DNA from: Adineta vaga
Lineage: Eukaryota > Animalia > Rotifera
Direction of reading: 5' to 3'
DNA length: 64,000 nucleotides
NCBI GenBank assembly: GCA_021613535.1
Contig: CP075494.1
Coordinates: 7,502,001-7,566,000 of the forward strand
Position numbers and translations under genes: made by a program. Positions 28,664 through 40,531 of the stretch are shown here, in pieces. The notes below the pieces were generated by a model. That model was not told where the DNA came from. It saw nothing but the letters and a program-made list of their open reading frames with translations, and searched no databases. The stretch's first letter is position 1; every line of letters starts with the position of its first letter.

Positions 28664-31651
28664 TTAAACATTAAGCAAATGTACTGCAGAATTGTTCGAA
28701 CGCTTTAATCTTAATGGTATTGATTCACTAAAATCTTCCATTGTATAAAGACGTGTCCAGTCGATATTAGTTGGCAGATACCAAAGTACACGACGATTGA
28801 TTAGATCAACTAAATTTTGCATCCATCCAAATGAGAATGGACTTGAGAATGGCGAACGAAAATATTTATATCGCCAGAAATTAATTCGTTCATTCGTTGT
28901 AAAACCTACAGCAATCTAGAAAAAAGAACAATTTTTAGAAAGAAGACTACATAGAATGTGTCAAATACCTGGAAGAGAACAGTAAGACAAAGTCCGCTTA
29001 TCCAAATAATGTGTAAGATTGCAAGTGCTGTAAACCATACAGCTGATGGTGCACAATGAAAGATGTGAAAGAATGATTCCGTTGAGAAGATATGACAATG
29101 ATTTTTAAAAACTAATAGGAAAAAAAATTGTTTTGAAGTTTATCAAGTTAATATTATTTACATAGATAAGCGCCATGAAGATAAAATCCAAGACATATTG
29201 GTGTAAAAAATACGAAACCAGTAAAATAACGTAGATTTTTATCACCAACACAATTATCTATCCACTAGAATATAGAACGAAGAAAGAATAAAACAAATGT
29301 TTAGATTCTTTGTCCATATCGAAAGGATTGTTATAATTAATATTCTAAACAAAACACAAGTACTCTTATGTTTTTTTCCTTTTCACAATCATCGCTTATT
29401 TTCTTTTCTTCTACGAGAACGGAAGATTAGTGGCTTTTTTTCCTTTGTATGTTCTGACATTTCCATAAACGATCAAGACTATTTTTTATTCGGAATCGTT
29501 AAAATCACCGCTTTTGTAGTTATTCGATTATATCTATTTGAAAAGACTAGATACTATTATCAGACGCGAATGAAATAAGTTCTTAGTCATTAAGACGAGT
29601 CGTGCTGAATTCTTTCAACCGGTATAAATATCGTTTTTAGCGTGCATTTTAGTTAGAAATTATTTTATAAATCAGATATTGTATTTCCTATGAAACGTCA
29701 CGCGATGTGTAGGTGTCTGTTTTTATTTAGTAACACATGATCATAACTATTTTCTTATCTGTTTGCACTTCTAGACTGAAAGGAGTTTGATGAGCAAAAA
29801 CTCTTACCGGACAATGATGATCAAATTTTGATACACATCTTCGACATAGTCGACAATGTTTTGATCTCAAAGGTCGTCGAGTTAAACACCATGTACAAAA
29901 CGTTTCATAATCAAATGAATTCTTCTCTACGAGTTGAATAATTGTCTAAATACATTAATCATTATTGAACATTTCTATTCTCAAACAAATTCAACATACA
30001 CGATTCAGTTGTTCACGATTGACTTGAATAAAACCTGGATCACATTTTTGTGCCAGATAATAATTACTCCATGACAAATATGTAAATATAACAAGAGTAA
30101 TAAAACCTATTGATATGACATGTACATCTAAATATTCACTAAATTGAAATAACAAAAGAAAAATTTCAATAGAAACTTACAAGGAAGAAAATAATAAAGA
30201 TAACATGCATAGAGACAAAGTATAGATGCTTGAGCTGCAGCAATAGGCAAATTACGATCTACATGTTCATCAAAAAAGATCCTAAAATTTAAAAAGAATT
30301 TTCCTATCAACCAAATGTTTGTTTCATTTTGACGTACATCATATATCCATAGGACACGAAGAAGAGTGCGAGAATAATAACTCCTTTATGTACGAACCAA
30401 ATAGATAATTCTAGAACAAATGCGATCAATATCAGCACTAAATATGGAAAAAGTTTTGTTCCAAAACGGCGAATAGGACGATTCAATTGGAATATTTTAG
30501 GTAGATCAGCATTTGAAAATGTTAATTGACTCATAAGAAATACTAAATGACGTGTTTGTGTAGATTTGGCTGCAAGTTCATAGACATCTTCATTCTAAAA
30601 GAACAACAGATTAATTACAAATTTCTTAAGATAGAAGATCAACGAACATCAGCATTTCGTATATTTGTTTTTGCACTACAATCAAGAAGTGAACGAATAG
30701 CTTCGGCATTATTTCCTACGACTGCATAATGAAGAGCTGTGTATTTATTATCTGAATTTTGATAATTAATAGAAGCACCAAGTCTAAAATTGATTATCAA
30801 TTGTTAAACATAAGATTGTCTGAATTTAATAGAATTCTACTAACCGAATTAGTAATTGAGTTGGATCTCGACTAAAAAACAAATTCATTATATTATCAAA
30901 TTTCAAAACAAAGATTTTCTTTTCATTACCCTTTAGCTTTATGAGCAGCATGCATCAATGGTGTCATTCCAGCTTTGTCGAGTAAATCAATATTTTGTCC
31001 CTTGGCTATTAAATAAGCCACAATTGCTGAATGTCCAAATATACTCGCTAAATGTATGCATGCAAAACCTAATTGCAAGAGAAGAAAGAAGAATAAAAAT
31101 GAATTGTCCTCTGTAAATTTATGTACCTTCTCCATCCATTAATTCAGGTTGAGCTCCATTCGATAAAAGAAATAAAATCATATCTAATTTTCCATCACGT
31201 ACAGCCCAATGTAATGGTGTTGAATTCAATGCTCCACCAGAAGCATCAATTTTAGCTCCTTTATTCAATAAATATTGTGCAATTTCAATTCGATTATTAA
31301 TTGCAGCCCAATGAAGTAATGTTATATTATCTTGCACTGGTGTTGATGCAAGTTGTGGATCAGCATTGATAAGTTCAGTAACACGATCGTAGTAGCCATA
31401 CTGAACAGCACTATTTTATTGACGAAAATAGAAAATTAATTAGTTACTCATTTTTGTATTTCTTACGTGACTAAATCAGCCGTGTGTTCATCGGGTGCTG
31501 ATGTTTTTCCATTTGTTGTCGAGCTATCATTGGAATGAGGTGGCGCTTTACTTGAATTTCCATTCGATGTGTTCGACTAAAACGAAATAGAAATTGATCG
31601 AATCGATTTTATCTTAGATATAGGATAAATTACTTCGTTCGATTTCATCAT
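28664..31651 (-). CDS. ZDHHC17: Ankyrin-repeat DHHC palmitoyltransferase (HIP14-like)
   Basis: Ankyrin repeats ([31 protein letters not shown]). Catalytic domain [31 protein letters not shown]|WIDNCVG; TTNE motif. Confidence 0.92.
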
Positions 31652-32808
31652 TTTCTTCTCTAACTATAAATTTGTTTTCTGTATTGTTGTCATCTCAACT
31701 TAATAATTCTATTGTTACGAAGGAGTGAGAAAAGAAAAGCAGTACAATACTAATCTTTAGAAATGATGAATCATTTCAGTTGACAAGAAAAGAACAAATA
31801 AAATCGATTCAATCATTGACAATGAACAAAAAAATGTTTTCTTTTGTAGAAATATAAAACTTTAAGAAAAAAAAATAACTTTCGATTTTTATCGACAAAG
31901 AACCTCAATCGGATTGATTGATTGATTTTTATTTTATAGAGGACACTAATGTATCGAAATAAACATTCCTTCCTATGTGTATCCAATAGCAAGAGAATAT
32001 TTGAATGATGATGATGTTGATGATGCGGAACAAAAACATTACTACCAATAAATAATCTAATAGGCAGAAAATGTCAGCAAATGCCATTTAATTTAAATAC
32101 GTTTTATCTTCTTTCTATGAAATAAAAGACACAAAGTTAATAATAAATGGATATTTAAGTGGAATAGTGTAGACAATAATCATTCGTTGAGTTCAAGTAT
32201 ACTTTATATTCAAGATGACAGAATCGAGTAGATATGTCCATAAACACGATCATTGTTCACGTTCATAAGGATCAACCTTTAGGTTTCTTATGCATATCAA
32301 GTAATGTAAACAAAGTATTTCGGATATTATGAGTTATATCTGAACGATGAATATAGTATAGTCTTTGACTGAATTCACGAAGAAAAAGTATACACGTTTT
32401 AGAATAACGAAAAATGGTTTTATTTCAATCTTCATGAAATCTATGGCTTAGTAATAATGATAGAACAAAAATATTGTTTATCTTTTCAAAGTAAAAACAT
32501 CATACAACATGTCTTGTAATGTCGTGTCTATAATGCTTATTAACAACACATTTGGTTTTCATCAGTAATCTAAACTACGTAGTAAAGAAATCAATCATTA
32601 TGAATCAAACTGATGATTAGCATTTGCTATTTTGCAATAGACGAGTCTATTAATGGAAAACGACATTGCGTTAGAGTATGAATAGGAATATAGAATACTG
32701 AGAACAATTATATCGATGATGTTCAGTATACCTATAGATGGCGTTAAGTTATAGAGAACAATTGTTCGATAAAAATAACCAATAGAATTGCAATGTTTTA
32801 TTTATTAT

Positions 32809-33564
32809 TTATTTGTCTTCTTCCATCGATGACGAAAGGTATCCTCCTATTCTTTTTCTTAATAATTTCATATCATTACTACGAAGATTTCGTACTGCAG
32901 GTCCACAACGGTGATTTAATTTTTTCATATATTCTGGCGCTTGCGTTTTTTCACTTTGTCGAACAACATATTGTAACATACGAATCAATTTTTCGAAAGA
33001 GATCCGTCTTGTTTCATCAGTTATATCAAATTTTGCAAGCAGATCAAAGATTTCTCGATCTGTAACTGAGATCCCTAAACCTTTACGTAAGAACATTGGA
33101 ATAGTTGCAACTGTTAATTTGCCATCTTGATCATCATCAAATTTACTTGAAAATACGAATGAAATATTTTTTATTTGAAGTTAAAACAAAGAACAGATTT
33201 ACTTAAATCGTTGTTGAATATCGAGTAATGTAAAAACATCATGTTTAATCAAACGAGCAAGAGCAAATATGAATTCATGAAAATCAATCTTTTCGTCATT
33301 ATTTAGATCATAAGTATTGATTATATCCAAACATTCGTCAGTTGTCTTTTTGAAATTTAATGCATTGAGTATTCGTCGTAATTCATGAACTTCAATGAAT
33401 TGATTTGCATTTAAATCGAAAAAAGAGAAGATGTTAACTATAGTTGAGACAGTTTCAGACATGAGTCGCGGTGGAACAGTATTGATTAATTTATTTGAAA
33501 TTTTTTGATGATGGTAAGAAGGATTAGAAGTTGATTCTTTCATCGATATATTTCTATCGGGCAT
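32809..33564 (-). CDS. Calmodulin-like EF-hand protein (about 4 EF-hands, some degenerate)
   Basis: Exons 33564-33203 and 33145-32809. Loops DLNANQFIEVHE, DLNNDEKIDFHE, DDDQDGKLTVAT, DITDETRRISFE. Confidence 0.82.
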
Positions 33565-33616
33565 GATAAATTTGTTTATTTTATATTTTAGATTATTCGA
33601 AAAAGAAAAATAGATA

Positions 33617-36405
33617 ATGTCATATCAACAGCCGCCACCATCGTAAGTTATTCTTCTTTTTAATTATTAAAATTATTCAGCTAGGAATGTTGTTATAATA
33701 AAGGAAAATATATTTGAGAGTAACATTGAAAGAGATTTTTAACTCTTATTAATATTTTAATTTATCATTTTAGTGGACCGAACAATCAATTACCACCATT
33801 TGGTAAGTTCTATTATTTTCTTTATTTTAAGAAACATTTCAATTTATTCTAGATTGGTCACTACCCGGTCGAAATTTTAATGGTGGAAACGGTGGTGGTC
33901 CTCCACCATTAATGGGACTTCCAAATCGAGTTAGTTTTCTTTCAAATTCTTCTAAGTAAACAATCATTTACTTTCTTTTCTTCTATAAATAGGATGACGT
34001 TCGATTACCATCCACTATGGAACGTGTTTTGAAATTTCGTGATAATCAACATGAAGAAGATCGTGTGACAAAATTACATAGTGGTGGTGGACATCAAACA
34101 GATTCTGGTATTGACCAAAATGATGAATATGATGATGATGATGATGATGATAATGATGATGAAGAAACAACTGGTCAAAATGGTCTCTCGCGAAAAGCAA
34201 AGAAAGAAATTGAAAAACGACGTCGACGTCGTGCTAAAAAGAAAACTAAACCAGTAACTTCTGCTACTACTACTATTGCTCCTGTTCCTTCACAACCAAC
34301 AAAATCTTCTGATCAATCTTCAAAAGATACTGACAGAAAGAAGAAAAAGAAACAAGACTCCGACGCTGATGCTGACCAAACAAATATTGAAATTGAATAT
34401 GTTCCAGAAGATCTGCCCGTTAAACGTGGCGATGGTTATTATTCTCATTTTGTCAAAGTATTTGAAAGTTTCAAATTAGATCCCAACGGTGATGAAAATG
34501 GTGAATATCATTATAATAAATATGGTAAAAAAGTTATGGGACCAAAAGTTCTTTTACCACGTGATAAAACAAATATCGATGAAAATGAAGACGACGACGA
34601 CGATGACAATGAAATGGCTGATAGCGATAAAAAGAAAGATGCCGATGATAACGAACAAAATAAGAAAAAATCAAAAAGACAACAAAAACGAGAAACACGT
34701 CTTAGTGTGGCACAATTAAAACAATTAGTTATTCGACCTGATGTAGTAGAAATGTTTGATGTAACTGCCAAAGATCCAAAATTACTTGTACATCTTAAAG
34801 TAAGTATTTCTGAAATATTCTTGAGTAACAACTCAATATTGTTGATCGTTACTATAAAATTTGAATTCTTTTTTTGTAGGCCACACGAAATACTGTTCCT
34901 GTTCCACGTCATTGGTGTGCCAAACGTAAATATTTACAAGGAAAACGTGGTATTGAAAAACCTCCATTTCAATTGCCTGATTTCATTCGTCGTACGGGTA
35001 TTATGGAAATGCGTGAAGCTTTACAAGAAAAAGAACAAAATAAAACTTTAAAACAAAAAATGCGTGAAAAAGTTCGTCCTAAACTAGGTAAAATTGATAT
35101 TGATTATCAAAAATTACATGATGCTTTCTTTCGTTGGCAAACAAAACCTCGTATGTCTATACATGGTGATTTATATTATGAAGGAAAGGAAAATGAAACA
35201 CGTTTGAAAGATAAAAAACCAGGTATTCTTAGTGAAGAATTACGTGTAGCACTTGGTATACCAGTTGGACCTACAGCAGATAAATATCCTCCACCATGGT
35301 TAATTGCTATGCAACGTTATGGACCACCACCAAGTTATCCGAATTTAAAAATTCCAGGCTTAAATGCACCTATTCCTGAAGGTTGTCAATTTGGTTATCA
35401 TAGTGGAGGTTGGGGTAAGCCACCTGTTGATGAACATGGTCGACCATTGTATGGTGATGTTTTTGGTACAAATCAATTTGCTTATATACGAAATATGACC
35501 GAAGAAGAACATGTGGAGAAAGGTTATTGGGGTGAAATTGAAGCAGAAGAACAAGAACAAGAAGCAGTTAGTTCATCCGATGAAGAAGAAACCAATGAAG
35601 ATACTGGTCTTGATAGTGAATTATCATCTGATGGACAAATGGCTGCACCAGCAGCAACAGAACATGCTCATCATCATGCACATCATCATCATGCTGCACC
35701 AGATCAAGAACAAAATATTCATCCAGCCGGTTTTCAAACACCACATGGTAGTGAAGGTTTTGCTACGCCAAGTGGTAAGTTAATTTTCTTTTCCAAAATA
35801 TATCTAATAGATTCAAACTTTTTTTCTCAGGTACACAATCATCAATACTCGGTGCAGAAACACCACAGCAGGTAAATATTTTATCCATTAGTTTCTTTTT
35901 TTTAAAAATATACATTGGTTCTATTTTCTTTAGTTTGAATTACGTAAATCTCGTTTTCATGCAGAAATGGATGGTGATACTACTCCCTCTCTGTATACTG
36001 TATTACCGGAGAAAAATGTTGGTGTCGGTCAATCGTCATTATTGTCGACTAATCGTGTTTATGATTTTCAAGCTATTAGTAGAACTCAAATGGGTCAAAC
36101 AGCAAGCGGTCGAACTGACGCATCTGGTGGTGTTGATATTGCTCTTAATCCGGATGAACTTGAAATGAATAGTCAAGCATTAGAAGCACGTTATCGTCAG
36201 GAATTAAAAGACAAAGAATTAGGAAAAGAAGATCTCAGTGATATGATTTCAGATCATTTAAATAAACAAAATAAGGTAGATTCTTTTCTATTCAAATAAA
36301 TACAATTTTCATTCATTTTATTTTTAGAAACGTAAAGGTAAACAAACAGATGCCAATGCCAAAGGTGGCAGTGCAGCTAAAAAACTCAAAGACTTCAAAT
36401 TTTGA
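33617..36405 (+). CDS. SF3B2: Splicing factor 3B subunit 2 (SAP145/CUS1)
   Basis: RLSVAQLKQLVIRPDVVEMFDVTAKDPKLLVHLKATRNTVPVPRHW; PSP domain PPPWLIAMQRYGPPPSYPNLKIPGLNAPIP; C-terminus KKLKDFKF*. The first micro-exons (33617 onward) are inferred from splice signals. Confidence 0.95.
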
Positions 36406-36486
36406 TTTGCCTGTTCTCTTGTGTTCGTTTTTTTCTTCTTTGTATAAATTGTGTTTTTTTCTGTTCTCATCAATAAAACAGTCATC

Positions 36487-37621
36487 TTATTGAAACCAAA
36501 GTTCAAAATGTACAGCACCTGTCATATCTTCAATACTAGTAGTTTGACGAATATTTCTTGCATATGCTCGACACATAATATTTAATAAAACATTTGATTC
36601 AACTTTTATAAATTGTGCCCAAATATATGGTTGTCGATAACCAGGTTGATTTAAAAATGGATAGAAATATATTGGAATACCACCGATAGCTTTATTACCT
36701 AAGATTGAAATATGATCGATTTGATGAACAAGATCTTGATCGGTTGGGTATTGTCCAAAACATTTAATTAAAACAAAATCTTTCATAGCGGGTTGCCATA
36801 AATCACGAATTTCTAGAGGAACTTCATCTTTCGATTGATAAGGTTCGGGTATCCAGCCAAAGACACGATTTAATTTAATAACTACACATGGACGACCTTT
36901 ATTATAACCGTAATTTTTTGGTTTAGAACATGGATTTGGACCAGGTTTAACATCAGTAAAGAAAAATATACATGAAAGACCTTGACGAAAATAAGTCATT
37001 AATACATCACGTGGTACACCAGCACAATCAATCATTTGTTGATGATATTGATCTTTAAGTCCATAACCAAGAACCCATTGATGAAGATTATCGACCAATT
37101 GAGCAACGGATTGATGTCCTGTTTTACGAGAAGTACGCCATTGAATTATAGAACGATCCATATAATATTGTGGTCGAAAACCCAGTCCTAGAAGATAAGA
37201 AAAAAAGAATTATATGCAATGAAAATGTACGTATGAATCAACCTGGATTAATTCCACCATCGAATGCTAAGGCACTTTCATTACCAAATCTTCTTGGTGT
37301 TTTCTTATCAAGTAATAGAATATATACAACAACCAAAGCAGAAAAGAGAGCACCTAAGACAAATAGAAAAACGGAAAAATAACAACCAAATTGTGCCCAT
37401 TCAAGTCCATCGCGCGCACAAAATCGTTTTGTCTTTCGATTCCATATATAATTTCGTATATTTGAGAGATAATCTAATTCCGTTAAAGGACTATGTTTGA
37501 TGAGAATATCATCGTTATTTGTTATCAATGGATACAATGGAGAACGAAGATTTGTTCTTGGACGAACAATATATGATTCAGGAGAATTGATAGTTTCGAA
37601 CCATTCTTCATCTGAATCCAT
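36487..37621 (-). CDS. Na+/K+-ATPase beta subunit (nervana-like)
   Basis: Exons 37621-37243 and 37187-36487. YIWN.....FCARDGLEW plus a single TM, PGLGFRP, YGYNKGRPCVVIKLNRVFGWIPEPY, YFYPFLNQPGYRQP. Confidence 0.9.
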
Positions 37622-38168
37622 TGATAAAATGTTTTAATTTGCGATGGCATCTCTGTTGTACGTTTACTCTTTCTTTACTATGATTATTGATGGTCCGAAA
37701 ACATCTTATCTCTTCTTTTTTGTCAGTTGTCTATTGATCATATTACATGTATGATCTTTTACCTTGCATATAGAACAGTAGTTTCTTCACCTTTACATTA
37801 AAAGAAAGAAAAAAAAATGTTTTATACATAATCAAATCTGACAGTAAAATAAATATCCAGACAATCAAGTTAATTGCCTGGAATTTTCATAGAAAATGTA
37901 ATTTTCTTTCGATAAACTTTTTGAAAATTATGATTTATCAATCGCCTTATGCAATCTACATAGATAAATAACATCAACAACATTCATTGCAATTGAAATA
38001 GATTTTCATTCCTTTTTCTTTCTTTCTTTCTCTCTTTCTTTCTTTCTTTGTCTGTCTCGGATTTCAAGAGCTAAACAAGTAACAATTTCAGCCACTTAAT
38101 CTACCGGTTCGTTCATCGTATGTGAATTCAATTATTTTTCAATCTTGAATTAAACTGACAGAGATACA

Positions 38169-38189
38169 CTCACACACACACACACACAC
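38169..38189 (+). repeat. (CA)n microsatellite
   Basis: cacacacacacacacacac. Confidence 0.8.
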
Positions 38190-40531
38190 CAGATTCAATA
38201 GCAATCGATAGGTGAAATAATCTACTAGTTCATTTTATTGTTCATATCATTAACTAAGTATAAATATAAAGTTTTGCTCGCTTGTCAGATTTAATCAGTA
38301 ATATGAACAAGAAAATGTAGATGATGCAACAATCAGCTTCACCGATTCAATAAATCTCGATAAGATTTAATCATTGGAAGATTTCTTTCCTCTTTCTCAT
38401 TCTCTCTTCTTGAAATATCGATGGTAACAGAGGAACGGAAATAGCCTTGTCTTCTTGTATAATAGACGAAAAATGAGACCTAAAAAATACATTATCGTTT
38501 AAAAAGAAGAAAAGAAATGTTCATGCTGACTCATTCCTCCTATCTTTAGAAAACAGAACATAGGGTATGACCTTGTGTATTTCTTTTGTTTCAGAAAGAT
38601 AGACATGACTGAACATATTCATATGAAACAGAACTAACTGTCTTTTTTTCTCTTATTTCTTTGCACTCTTCACCTTTTTTGAGTTGATGACAAAGTTTAA
38701 TACTTGGTAGAGGGGTATCGACATTAAATTAATTGAGTTTAGTACATGTCTTATATACAACTTTTGAAAATGAGAAACTATAGCATCATCAACTTGTCTG
38801 TCCTTTTCATAAAGAAAGTAACGAAGCGCATAAGTGCTTTTTCAAATATCTTTTCTTCTTCTTCTTCTTCTTCTACTACTCTCTTTGTGACTCGTGTCGA
38901 ACAGTTGAAATGTATTCACCGAATGTTTGACACTAGTCGTTTTTTGATACCCGATAATTATTATAAATAAACCTTGAGAATGTGCGAATAAGTCGCTCGT
39001 TAGTTCGTCTCGTTTTTTTGTTTCTTTTTGTCGATATTTATTGACTTAAGACACTAACAATGAGTCTCAATGCAATCTTAGTTAATTTTCTTCATTTGAA
39101 TGTCATTTTTATTTGGAGACATCAATAAAAAATGAATTTTCTGGGTATACACAACGACTAGTCTCAATGCCAAACGTGTCTACAGGTGTTTCGTCATTTC
39201 TTCCTCTCGTTTTACATCGATATGATACTTTGATGTCGTTATGATAAAAAAAAAGAGGAGAAGAAACAAAGAACGACAGTTCAAATATATAATCGACTTT
39301 GACTTCCTTCACGTAACGAACATATGTGTACCATTCTAATCTTTTCCTTTGACTATTATGATACGAGTATAACACTCTCTAACAATCCATTGAAGAGATA
39401 AATAGACTTATTCTTACTCAATGAGTAAATAGAGTATGCTTTTTTTTTCTTCTCTTTTTATGTAATAGTTTTTATGTATATGTGCGCCATAAATATATTA
39501 TTCATGCATAGAATAACCTTGATATTGTTCAGTCTGCTGTTACTTGTTCTTTTTCTTTTTCTTTATTCATATGAGTAGAAAATGTCATGAAGTTGATTTC
39601 TTTTGTTTTCTTTTTCTTTAAATATAAATCAGACGACATTCGATGTCAAATGAGAAAAGTTAATCGGATCAATAGTGCGTAATTGAACCATTTTTCTAGG
39701 ACAAACTTTGTTGATAAAAGAACGAAGGAACGAACTTTGTTATTTGTGCAACAGATTGATTCGTCATATTTCATATAATTGAAATAGACGACTTGTTTCT
39801 ATTATTCTCATATCGTTTTGTTGAATAGGTGACGCGAACAATTGTTTATCATATTGTACTCTATATGTTCTCCTTGTATCGAACTGACATGGTCATTATT
39901 TTTCCTTAAATTAGCAAGGCGAGCGAAAGAATATGTGTATATACAATTGTCTGCTTCTGTATATGTGTAAGTTTGATATTTATGCATATGAGAGAGAGAG
40001 AGAGAAAAAGAACGATTCGATGCCATGTATGTCTCTCCTTTCTATACTTATAAATGAACACAGTCCTGTCTCATTTAGTTGAGTCAATATCCTAACCACA
40101 TATATATGTATTCTTTTTCTCCTCCCAATCATTAACTTACTTCATAAATTAAGATTCTCATTGTCTATCAATTGTGTTAATCAATCGTCAATCTTCTTCT
40201 ATCTCTTTCTGTTCGTCTTATTTATACAAATAAGTGTATATATTAAAGTGAGTAATCTTTCGATCGAGACAATTTTTCGGTTCATTTGTTATTTGTGTGC
40301 TTCATAAAATCTAAGTCATCTATACTTGTTCATCAACATCCATATACAAATGATATGTTCATTACATTCCCCTTCTTTCTTACGCAATCCAATAAAGAAG
40401 AAAGAAAGAAAGAAAAAAAGATTCTTATCACTTCTTTATATACATATATCTTACAAAAAAGAAAAGATTATCGACATACAATCATTCTTACAAAACTTAT
40501 TCAAATCATTATCTTCATTTTTCTTTTAAGG

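Noticed and set aside
40286-40531. N-terminal 82 aa of the 541-aa ORF
   Set aside because: Low-complexity UTR/intron-like sequence upstream of an acceptor at 40530. The ATG at 40532 gives a plausible signal peptide.
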